DNA from: Pseudocitrobacter vendiensis
GTDB lineage: Bacteria > Pseudomonadota > Gammaproteobacteria > Enterobacterales > Enterobacteriaceae
Reading direction: 5' to 3'
Length of the DNA: 32,000 nt
Assembly: GCF_943590815.1 (NCBI RefSeq)
Contig: NZ_CALSBS010000035.1
Coordinates: 1-32,000 of the forward strand
Shown: positions 8,337-17,304 of the stretch, piece by piece
Layout of the letters: each line of letters starts with the position of its first letter
How positions within the stretch are numbered: position 1 is the stretch's first letter
Notes under the pieces: model-generated
Seen by the model: the letters and a program-made list of their open reading frames with translations, nothing else
The model's database searches: none
What the model was told of the DNA's origin: nothing
Translations under genes and position numbers: made by a program

Positions 8337-10994
8337 GTGACTTTCTTTGATTTCTGGGGAAAAACCCGACGTGGCGAGAAAGAGGGTGGCGACGATTATC
8401 ACCTTCTTTGCTGGCATTCGCTGGATGTAGCCGCGATGGGCTATTTAATGGTCAAAAGCAATTACTTCGGGCTGGATGACTATTTTCGTCAATTAGGTTT
8501 CGCTGACACGGAGCAGGCAGCACAATTTTTCGCCTGGTTGTTGTGCTGGCACGATACTGGAAAATTTGCCCGCTCATTTCAGCAACTTTACCTGCACCCA
8601 CAACTCAAGGTTCCGGAAGGCGCAAGAAAGAATTACGAAAAGATCTCTCATTCAACGCTGGGTTACTGGTTGTGGCATCATTATTTAATTGAATGTGAAG
8701 AGTTGCTTCCCTCATCTTCACTCTCTCCCCGCAAACTTAAACGGGTAATAGAGATGTGGATGCCCATGACTACCGGGCATCATGGTCGGCCTCCTGATCG
8801 TATGGATGAACTGGATAATTTTCTGCCTGAAGACAAAGCCGCTGCACGAGATTTTCTCCTTGCAATCAAGGCACTGTTCCCGCTCATCGAGATCCCCGCA
8901 TTCTGGGATGATGACGAGGGCATTGAACTTATAAAACACCTTTCCTGGTATATCTCTGCAACCGTCGTGCTCGCAGACTGGGCGGGTTCGTCAACGCGAT
9001 TTTTTCCACGCGTCGCACACCCAATGGATATTAAAGATTACTGGCAGATTGCTTTAGCTCAGGCTCAAAACGCATTAACCGTCTTTCCTCCAAAAGCAGA
9101 AACCGCACCTTTCACTGGAATTAACACGCTGTTTCCTTTTATTGAGAACCCAACACCGTTACAGCAAAAGGTGCTGGATCTGGATATCAGCCAGCCAGGA
9201 CCGCAGTTGTTTATTCTGGAAGATGTGACTGGCGCAGGTAAAACAGAAGCGGCGCTTATCCTGGCGCACAGGTTGATGTCTGCGGGGAAAGCACAGGGTT
9301 TGTTTTTTGGCCTGCCAACAATGGCAACGGCTAATGCCATGTACGATAGGTTGGTCAAAACCTGGCTTGCTTTCTATTCGCCACAATCCCGCCCCAGCCT
9401 GGTGCTGGCACACAGCGCTCGTTCGCTAATGGATCGCTTTAACGCATCGCTGTGGTCTGGTGATTTTGTGGGGTCAGAAGAACCGGATGAACAAACGTTC
9501 AGTCAGGGATGTGCGGCCTGGTTTGCCGACAGTAACAAGAAGGCGTTGCTGGCTGAAATTGGCGTCGGCACGCTGGATCAGGCGATGATGGCGGTGATGC
9601 CGTTCAAACATAATAATCTGCGGCTTCTGGGGCTGAGTAACAAAATCCTGCTAGCCGATGAGATCCACGCCTGTGACGCTTATATGTCGTGCATTCTTGA
9701 AGGGCTGATCGAGCGGCAGGCGCGTGGCGGAAACAGCGTTATTTTGCTTTCTGCTACGTTGTCTCAACAGCAGCGTGACAAACTCGTCGCCGCCTTTGCG
9801 CGTGGTGCAGAGGGCCAGCAAGAAGCTCCGTTGCTGGAAAAAGATGATTATCCCTGGCTGACGCATGTCACGAAATCCGATGTGCATTCGCACCGGGTAG
9901 CGACGCGCAAAGACGTTGAGCGCAGCGTGAGTGTGGGTTGGCTTCATAGCGAACAAGAGTGTATTGCGCGTATCGAATCGGCGGTAAGTCAGGGGAAATG
10001 CATCGCCTGGATTCGGAATTCTGTCGATGACGCCATCCAGGTTCATCGTCAGTTACTTGCCCGCGGCGTCATTCCTGCTTCCAGCCTTTCACTTTTTCAT
10101 AGCCGCTTTGCTTTTAGCGATCGCCAGCGAATTGAAACGGAGACGCTGGCACGCTTTGGTAAAGAAGACTGTTCACAGCGTGCCGGAAAAGTCCTCATTT
10201 GTACTCAGGTCCTGGAGCAGAGCGTCGACTGCGACCTGGACGAAATGATTTCCGACCTTGCCCCTGTTGATTTGCTGATCCAGCGAGCAGGGCGATTACA
10301 GCGACATATCCGCGATATTAATGGTCAGTTAAAGCGTGACGGTAAAGACGAGCGTCACCCTCCTGTATTGCTGATTCTGGCCCCCGTCTGGAACGACTCT
10401 CCGGGTGAAGAATGGTTTGGCAGTGCCATGCGTAACAGTGCATTTGTCTATCCCGATCATGGGCGAATCTGGTTGACGCAGCGTGTGCTGCGTGAACAAG
10501 GCGCGATTCAGATGCCACACTCAGCCCGGCTTCTGATTGAATCAGTCTACGGTGAGGATGTGGTAATGCCGGAAGGGTTTGCCCGCAGCGAGCAGGAGCA
10601 AGTGGGCAAATACTACTGCGATCGTTCAATGGCTAATAAGTTTGTGCTGAACTTCAGGCCCGGCTATGCCGCCAATATCAACGATTACCTTCCGGAAAAA
10701 CTGTCGACACGTCTGGCTGAGGAGTCTGTTTCCTTGTGGTTGGCTACCTGTATTGACGGTGTGGTGAAGCCTTATGCCACTGGCGCTCACGCATGGGAAA
10801 TGAGCGTTGTCAGAGCGCGCCAAAGCTGGTGGAAAAAACATCGGGATGAGTTTTCTTTACTGGAAGGGGATGCGTTCAGGCAGTGGTGCGTTGAACAGCG
10901 GCAAGATCCGGAGATGGTAAATGTGATTTTAGTTACCGATGACGAAAGTTGCGGGTATTCGGCTACGGAGGGATTGATTGGCAAGGTTGGTTGA
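8337..10994 (+). CDS. cas3: type I-E CRISPR-associated nuclease/helicase Cas3
   Basis: 885 aa with a GTG start. HD-domain motifs (HSLDVAA, CWHDTGKF, TGHHG), helicase Walker A (TGAGKTEAA) and DExH box (LADEIHACD). Preceded by about 170 bp of extremely AT-rich DNA. Confidence 0.95.
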   Translation: MTFFDFWGKTRRGEKEGGDDYHLLCWHSLDVAAMGYLMVKSNYFGLDDYFRQLGFADTEQAAQFFAWLLCWHDTGKFARSFQQLYLHPQLKVPEGARKNYEKISHSTLGYWLWHHYLIECEELLPSSSLSPRKLKRVIEMWMPMTTGHHGRPPDRMDELDNFLPEDKAAARDFLLAIKALFPLIEIPAFWDDDEGIELIKHLSWYISATVVLADWAGSSTRFFPRVAHPMDIKDYWQIALAQAQNALTVFPPKAETAPFTGINTLFPFIENPTPLQQKVLDLDISQPGPQLFILEDVTGAGKTEAALILAHRLMSAGKAQGLFFGLPTMATANAMYDRLVKTWLAFYSPQSRPSLVLAHSARSLMDRFNASLWSGDFVGSEEPDEQTFSQGCAAWFADSNKKALLAEIGVGTLDQAMMAVMPFKHNNLRLLGLSNKILLADEIHACDAYMSCILEGLIERQARGGNSVILLSATLSQQQRDKLVAAFARGAEGQQEAPLLEKDDYPWLTHVTKSDVHSHRVATRKDVERSVSVGWLHSEQECIARIESAVSQGKCIAWIRNSVDDAIQVHRQLLARGVIPASSLSLFHSRFAFSDRQRIETETLARFGKEDCSQRAGKVLICTQVLEQSVDCDLDEMISDLAPVDLLIQRAGRLQRHIRDINGQLKRDGKDERHPPVLLILAPVWNDSPGEEWFGSAMRNSAFVYPDHGRIWLTQRVLREQGAIQMPHSARLLIESVYGEDVVMPEGFARSEQEQVGKYYCDRSMANKFVLNFRPGYAANINDYLPEKLSTRLAEESVSLWLATCIDGVVKPYATGAHAWEMSVVRARQSWWKKHRDEFSLLEGDAFRQWCVEQRQDPEMVNVILVTDDESCGYSATEGLIGKVG

Positions 10995-10997
10995 TAT

Positions 10998-11023
10998 GCC
11001 CTGGCGTCGGATGACGCCAGGGC
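10998..11023. other. 11-bp perfect hairpin immediately after the cas3 stop
   Basis: GCCCTGGCGTC-GGAT-GACGCCAGGGC. There is no convincing U-run on either strand. Its 3' arm overlaps the end of degenerate repeat psiR1. Confidence 0.6.
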
Positions 11024-11101
11024 TTATCCCCGTTGACACGGGGAACGGGAACCAATTTTAGTATCTCACTAACTTGGTTAATCCCTGGAATCAGGGAATG
11101 G
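11020..11101 (-). CRISPR. degenerate two-repeat mini-array (psiR2 - 26-nt spacer - psiR1), antisense to the cas genes; candidate crRNA-like regulatory RNA
   Basis: Read on the minus strand: CCATTCCCTGATTCCAGGGATTAACCA | AGTTAGTGAGATACTAAAATTGGTTC | CCGTTCCCCGTGTCAACGGGGATAAGCCC. The array repeat is GTGTTCCCCGCGCCAGCGGGGATAAACCG. psiR1 is 22/29 identical to it. Both pseudo-repeats keep the hairpin through compensatory changes and keep an ATAAACCG-like handle (ATAAGCCC, ATTAACCA). Confidence 0.6.
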
Positions 11102-11148
11102 ATTTATTTTATCAATGCTATTGTGATTATGATAGATGGGTAATTTCT

Positions 11149-11177
11149 ATGAGTTATTTAGAAACTAAAATTTCTAA
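11149..11177 (+). promoter_or_regulatory. putative Cascade binding site: ATG PAM plus partial protospacer for the mini-array spacer
   Basis: ATG|AGTTATTTAGAAACTAAAATTTCTAA versus spacer AGTTAGTGAGATACTAAAATTGGTTC. 18 of the first 21 positions match, with mismatches at 6, 8 and 12. The site contains or overlaps two TAAAAT -10-like hexamers (11166-11171, 11175-11180). Confidence 0.45.
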
Positions 11178-11259
11178 AATGTCCGGAACTGGAATTGAGT
11201 CACACCGTTACAAGGCGTATTTTCGTGACCAGTGAAAAGCTGCGGTGAAGAGGACTACG

Positions 11260-11400
11260 ATGTTGTCGATTTTTTTGCTTCAACTTGTGCTAAATCTGCT
11301 TTCAAAACGACAAACTAAGTTCGATTTTCGTATCACATTCAACGTCTTTTCTTTTATCCGACTCAGATTAAGTCTCCAACTAAATCTGAAAATATGGTGA
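11260..11400 (+). CDS. possible 46-aa hydrophobic/basic small ORF upstream of cse1 (unverified)
   Basis: GAAGAGGA (11247-11254) lies 5 nt upstream of ATG 11260. Product: MLSIFLLQLVLNLLSKRQTKFDFRITFNVFSFIRLRLSLQLNLKIW. The region is AT-rich, so a chance ORF is quite possible. Confidence 0.2.
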   Translation: MLSIFLLQLVLNLLSKRQTKFDFRITFNVFSFIRLRLSLQLNLKIW

Positions 11401-11443
11401 TGGACAACCGACCAGGGATGGTCTTTTTTACGAGAGGATGCGT

Positions 11444-13006
11444 ATGAACTCGTTTTCACTTCTGACAACCCCGTGGTTGCCCGTTCGTTATAAAGATGGA
11501 ACGACAGGCAAGCTGGCACCAGTCGATCTGGCTGATGAAAATGTTGTCGATATCGCTGCGCCGCGGGCAGATCTCCAGGGGGCGGCATGGCAGTTTTTGC
11601 TGGGACTACTACAAACCAGCTTCGCGCCCAAAAATCACGGTCGTTGGGATGATATCTGGGAAGACGGGCTGGAGGTTGAAAAGCTACGGGAAGCATTGCT
11701 GTCTTTAGAACACGCTTTCCAGTTTGGCCCAGATTCCCCTTCATTTATGCAGGATTTCGAGGCGCTTACGGGAGATAAAGTTCCGGTAGCTTCATTACTG
11801 CCTGAAATTCCCGGCTCTCAAACGACGAAGTTTAATAAAGACCACTTTATCAAGCGTGGTGTAACGGAACACCTGTGCCCCCATTGCTTAGCATTGGCCT
11901 TGTTCTCTTTACAGTTGAATGCACCAGCGGGCGGCAAAGGCTACCGCACCGGTTTACGCGGCGGTGGGCCGATGACGACGCTGATTGAATTACAGGAATA
12001 TCAGGGCAATCAACAAACACCCTTGTGGCGCAAACTGTGGCTCAACGTGATGCCGCAGGATGAATCTGACTTACCGCTACCCAAAAAATTTGACGATCTG
12101 GTTTTCCCCTGGCTTGGCCCGACGCGTACCAGTGAACTGGCCGGTGCGGTGGTAACTGATGATCAGGTCAACAAACTCCAGGCGTACTGGGGAATGCCTC
12201 GGCGCATACGTGTTGATTTTAATACCACGACAGTCGGCAACTGCGATATTTGCGGTGAGCAGAGCGACGCGCTCCTGAGCCTGATGACGACCAAAAATTA
12301 CGGTGCGAATTATGCCATGTGGCAGCATCCCTTAACGCCTTACCGTGTACCACTTAAAGAGGGCGGCGAGTTTTACTCGGTCAAGCCACAACCGGGCGGT
12401 TTAATCTGGCGCGACTGGTTAGGTCTTATCGAAACGGGTAAGTCAGAAAACAATACGGAACTTCCCGCGCTGGTGGTGAAACTCTTTAATCCCAGCAGTC
12501 TGAAACAGGCAAAAGTGGGCCTGTGGGGATTTGGCTATGATTTCGACAACATGAAAGCGCGCTGTTGGTACGAACACCATTTCCCGCTACTGCTCAATAA
12601 AAAAGAAGGCCAGATACCAAAGCTGCGGCTGGCTGCGCAAACGGCTTCACGGATTCTAAGTCTGTTACGGAGTGCATTGAAAGAAGCATGGTTCTCCGAT
12701 CCAAAAGGTGCACGGGGTGATTTCAGTTTTGTGGATATCGACTTCTGGAACAAAACTCAGCATCGCTTCCTGAGGTTAGTGCGTCAAATTGAAGAAGGTC
12801 AGGAGCCGGATGAATTACTCAGCAAATGGCAAAAGGAAATGTGGTTATTCGCGCGTCAGGATTTTGACGAGCGGGTATTCACTAATCCTTATGAGCCCGT
12901 TGATTTGAAACGCGTCATGACCGCGCGCAAGAAATATTTTACAACATCGGCGGAGAAGCAAAGTGCTAAAGCCGCCAGGGAGAAAAAGCAGGAGGCTGCT
13001 GAATGA
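11444..13006 (+). CDS. cse1: Cascade large subunit Cse1/CasA (Cas8e)
   Basis: About 520 aa. N-terminus LLTTPWLPVR, typical of Cse1 (compare E. coli NWIPVR). Internal Cys pairs (CPHC ... CDICG). GAGAGG (11432-11437) favours ATG 11444 over ATG 11438. First gene of the Cascade operon. Confidence 0.9.
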   Translation: MNSFSLLTTPWLPVRYKDGTTGKLAPVDLADENVVDIAAPRADLQGAAWQFLLGLLQTSFAPKNHGRWDDIWEDGLEVEKLREALLSLEHAFQFGPDSPSFMQDFEALTGDKVPVASLLPEIPGSQTTKFNKDHFIKRGVTEHLCPHCLALALFSLQLNAPAGGKGYRTGLRGGGPMTTLIELQEYQGNQQTPLWRKLWLNVMPQDESDLPLPKKFDDLVFPWLGPTRTSELAGAVVTDDQVNKLQAYWGMPRRIRVDFNTTTVGNCDICGEQSDALLSLMTTKNYGANYAMWQHPLTPYRVPLKEGGEFYSVKPQPGGLIWRDWLGLIETGKSENNTELPALVVKLFNPSSLKQAKVGLWGFGYDFDNMKARCWYEHHFPLLLNKKEGQIPKLRLAAQTASRILSLLRSALKEAWFSDPKGARGDFSFVDIDFWNKTQHRFLRLVRQIEEGQEPDELLSKWQKEMWLFARQDFDERVFTNPYEPVDLKRVMTARKKYFTTSAEKQSAKAAREKKQEAAE

Positions 13007-13539
13007 GTATTGTAAAAGAGGAGCACAAAGCCACGCTGCGCAAATGGCACGAGGAATTGCAGGAAAAACGCGGCAATCGTGCCAGTCTGCGGCGTAGTAC
13101 GACGGTTAATGATGTTTGTTTGTCAGAAGGGTTTCGTTCTCTGCTAATGCAGACCCACACGTTGTGGAAAGTTGAAGCGCAAGAGTGGCGTTTTACCGCA
13201 CTGGCACTGGTCGCTGCAGTTAGCGCCAATGTAAAAGCCATTGATGAACGGCAGCCTTTTGCCGCGCAGCTGGCGGCAGTAATGTCAGAAGGGCGGTTTT
13301 CGCGCCTGTCGGCAGTAAAAACGCCGGATGATTTACTGCGCCAGTTACGTCGCGCGGTCAAATTATTAAACGGTTCCGTCAATCTTATCTCTTTGGCAGA
13401 CGATATTTTCCGCTGGTGCCAGGAGAGTGACGACCTGCTCAACCATCACCGCCGTCAGCAGCGGCCAACAGAATTTATCCGTATCCGCTGGGCGCTGGAA
13501 TATTACCAGGCTGGCGACGCCGATAACGAACAAAATTAA
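13003..13539 (+). CDS. cse2: Cascade small subunit Cse2/CasB (Cas11)
   Basis: 178 aa, basic and helical. The ATG overlaps the cse1 stop (ATGA). Position between cse1 and cas7 is canonical for type I-E. Confidence 0.88.
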   Translation: MSIVKEEHKATLRKWHEELQEKRGNRASLRRSTTVNDVCLSEGFRSLLMQTHTLWKVEAQEWRFTALALVAAVSANVKAIDERQPFAAQLAAVMSEGRFSRLSAVKTPDDLLRQLRRAVKLLNGSVNLISLADDIFRWCQESDDLLNHHRRQQRPTEFIRIRWALEYYQAGDADNEQN

Positions 13540-13553
13540 TAAAGGACTATCTC

Positions 13554-14609
13554 ATGACGACATTTATTCAGCTCCATTTGTTAACCGCTTACCCTGCAGC
13601 CAACCTTAACCGTGATGACACCGGTGCGCCGAAAACCGTGGTGCTGGGTGGAGCAACGCGTCTGCGCGTTTCCTCGCAAAGTCTGAAACGTGCGTGGCGC
13701 ACTTCTGCACTTTTTGAACAGGCGCTGGCGGGCCATATTGGTATTCGTAGTGGGCGTATCGCGCGCGAGGCAGCAACTATCATGATTGAGAAAGGAATCG
13801 AAGAAAAAAAAGCCATCGAATGGGCGGCAGATATTGCCGATTATCTTGGTAAAGCCAAAAAAGACAAAAAAACAAAAGATCCGCTCACTAACGCTGAAAC
13901 TGAACAGCTCGTCCATATCAGCCCTGCAGAATTTGACGCCGTAAAAGCGCTGGCCCATCAACTGGCAGAAGAAAAGCGCGCGCCAAAAGAGGACGATCTC
14001 GCTTTGTTACGTAAAGATCGTATGGCGGTAGATATCGCCATGTTTGGTCGTATGCTGGCGAATAAACCCGAGTTTAATGTTGAAGCCGCCTGTCAGGTCG
14101 CGCATGCGTTTGGTGTCAGTGAAACGATTGTCGAAGATGATTTTTTCACCGCCGTTGATGATTTGCGCCAGGCCTCTGAAGATGCTGGTGCAGGGCATCT
14201 TGGTGAAACTGGGTTTGGTTCTGCGCTGTTCTACACCTATATCTGCATTGATAAAGATCTGCTGGTCGAAAACCTCGGCGGTGACGAAGCATTAGCTAAT
14301 CAGACCCTGCGCGCCTTTACGGAAGCAGCGTTTAAAGTTTCCCCAACCGGTAAACAAAACAGCTTTGCCAGCCGTGCCTACGCCTCCTGGGCGCTGGCAG
14401 AAAAAGGCACCGAACAACCGCGTTCTCTGGCGGCGGCTTTCTATGAACCCATTAATGGCACACGTCAGTTAGATGTGGCAGTGCAGCGTATTACAACGCT
14501 TCGCGAAAACATGAATACGGTTTACGAACAGAAGACCGAATGCGCAAGTTTTGACGTGATGAACAAACAGGGAAGCATGAAGGACGTGCTGGACTTTATC
14601 TGCGCGTAA
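13554..14609 (+). CDS. cas7: Cascade backbone subunit Cas7e/CasC
   Basis: 351 aa. N-terminus IQLHLLTAYPAANLNRDDTGAPKT, typical of Cas7e. SD AAAGGA lies upstream. Confidence 0.93.
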   Translation: MTTFIQLHLLTAYPAANLNRDDTGAPKTVVLGGATRLRVSSQSLKRAWRTSALFEQALAGHIGIRSGRIAREAATIMIEKGIEEKKAIEWAADIADYLGKAKKDKKTKDPLTNAETEQLVHISPAEFDAVKALAHQLAEEKRAPKEDDLALLRKDRMAVDIAMFGRMLANKPEFNVEAACQVAHAFGVSETIVEDDFFTAVDDLRQASEDAGAGHLGETGFGSALFYTYICIDKDLLVENLGGDEALANQTLRAFTEAAFKVSPTGKQNSFASRAYASWALAEKGTEQPRSLAAAFYEPINGTRQLDVAVQRITTLRENMNTVYEQKTECASFDVMNKQGSMKDVLDFICA

Positions 14610-14619
14610 GGGGCGGCTT

Positions 14620-15366
14620 ATGAGCCAATATCTGATTTTTCAGCTTCATGGGCCAATGGCATCCTGGGGCGTTGATGCACCCGGTGAGGTGCGTCATACC
14701 CATGAACTGCCTTCGCGTTCAGCATTGCTGGGGCTGCTGGCTGCCGGGTTAGGGATACGGCGTGATGACACCGAATGCTTAAACGCGTTTAATCGCCACT
14801 ATTCACTGGTGGTTTGCGCCAGCCGTAACCCGCGCTGGGCACGGGATTATCACACGGTCCAGATGCCAAAAGAGGTGCGTAAAGCGCGTTATTTCAGCCG
14901 TCGCGAAGAGTTGAGCGACCCTGATCTTCTAAGCGCGATTATCTCCCGGCGCGACTACTACACCGATGCCTGGTGGATGGTGGCCGTGGCAACAACAGCT
15001 GATGCGCCTTATAGCCTCGAACAGTTGCAGGAAGGTTTACGCCATCCGGTTTTTCCGCTTTATCTGGGGCGAAAAAGCCATCCGCTGGCATTACCCCTTG
15101 CGCCGTTACTGCTTGAAGGTAACGCGTCTGATGCCTTACGTAACGCATATCACCAGTATCAGGATAGTTTCCGCGAACTGAAAGTCTCACTCCCGAAACT
15201 TCAGGATGAATGCTGGTGGGAAGGGGAGCACGATGGCCTGGTCTCGAGCAAAATATTACGCCGCCGGGATGTTCCTTTAAATCGTCAGCAGTGGCTGTTT
15301 GGGGAACGCACCGTCAATCAGGGGCCGTGGCTCAGCAAGGAGGAACCATGTACCTCTCAAGAATAA
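14620..15366 (+). CDS. cas5: Cascade subunit Cas5e/CasD
   Basis: 248 aa. N-terminus YLIFQLHGPMASWG matches the Cas5e signature. Canonical gene order. Confidence 0.92.
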   Translation: MSQYLIFQLHGPMASWGVDAPGEVRHTHELPSRSALLGLLAAGLGIRRDDTECLNAFNRHYSLVVCASRNPRWARDYHTVQMPKEVRKARYFSRREELSDPDLLSAIISRRDYYTDAWWMVAVATTADAPYSLEQLQEGLRHPVFPLYLGRKSHPLALPLAPLLLEGNASDALRNAYHQYQDSFRELKVSLPKLQDECWWEGEHDGLVSSKILRRRDVPLNRQQWLFGERTVNQGPWLSKEEPCTSQE

Positions 15367-15994
15367 CCTTACATACCGGCCAGCTTTCGCCTGCGCAGTT
15401 ACTGCATCTGGTGGATCGCGGTGAATATGTGATGCATCAGTGGCTGTGGGATCTTTTTCCTGGCGGCAAAGAAAGGCAATTTCTTTATCGTCGGGAAGAA
15501 CTCCTGGGCGCGTTTCGCTTTTTTGTCCTGTCGCAGGAACGCCCGGCGGAAAGTGAAACGTTCACCATCGAATGCCGGTCATTTGCGCCGGAGCTGCGTA
15601 CCGGACAATCCCTTTTTTTCAACCTGCGAGCGAATCCAACAGTCTGTAAAGCGGGTAAGCGCCACGATCTGCTGATGGAGGCGAAACGGCAGGTGAGGGG
15701 GCAGGCGGAAGGAAGAAATGTCTGGTTGCATCAACAACAGGCGGCGCTGGACTGGCTGGCAGCGCAGGGGGAGAGAAGCGGTTTTACACTGCTGGATACC
15801 TCGGTCGATGCCTACCGACAACAGCAACTGCGGCGGGAAAACTCCCGGCAACTGATCCAGTTCAGTAGCGTGGATTATACAGGGATGCTTACAGTCACCG
15901 ATCCAGGGTTATTTCTGCAACGTCTCTGCCTGGGGTATGGCAAAAGCCGGGCGTTCGGCTGTGGTCTGATGTTAATCAAACCCGGAGCAGAGGC

Positions 15995-15998
<4 letters not shown>
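15348..15998 (+). CDS. cas6e: CRISPR repeat endoribonuclease Cas6e/CasE
   Basis: ATG 15348 is preceded by AAGGAGG (15337-15343). 216 aa, MYLSRITL... C-terminal Gly-rich loop GYGKSRAFGCGLMLIKP. Overlaps the cas5 3' end by 19 nt. Confidence 0.92.
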
Positions 15999-17208
<1,210 letters not shown>

Positions 17209-17304
17209 GTTACCCGTTCTTTAAAAATAAGGAAATGTTTGAATTTAGTTGGTAGATTGTTGATGTGGAATAAAATTGTTTAAAAACAGATACGTATGCT
17301 TAGT
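17209..17304 (+). promoter_or_regulatory. CRISPR leader (AT-rich) with a candidate pre-crRNA promoter
   Basis: 96-bp AT-rich segment between the cas2 stop and the first repeat. A candidate promoter is TTGGTA (17249-17254), 16 nt, TAAAAT (17271-17276). The promoter assignment is tentative. Confidence 0.6.

Noticed and set aside
11280-11744. A 154-aa minus-strand ORF spanning the cse1 start and the upstream intergenic region.
   Set aside because: It overlaps the well-supported cse1 N-terminus on the opposite strand. It has no SD and an unremarkable sequence, so it is most likely spurious.
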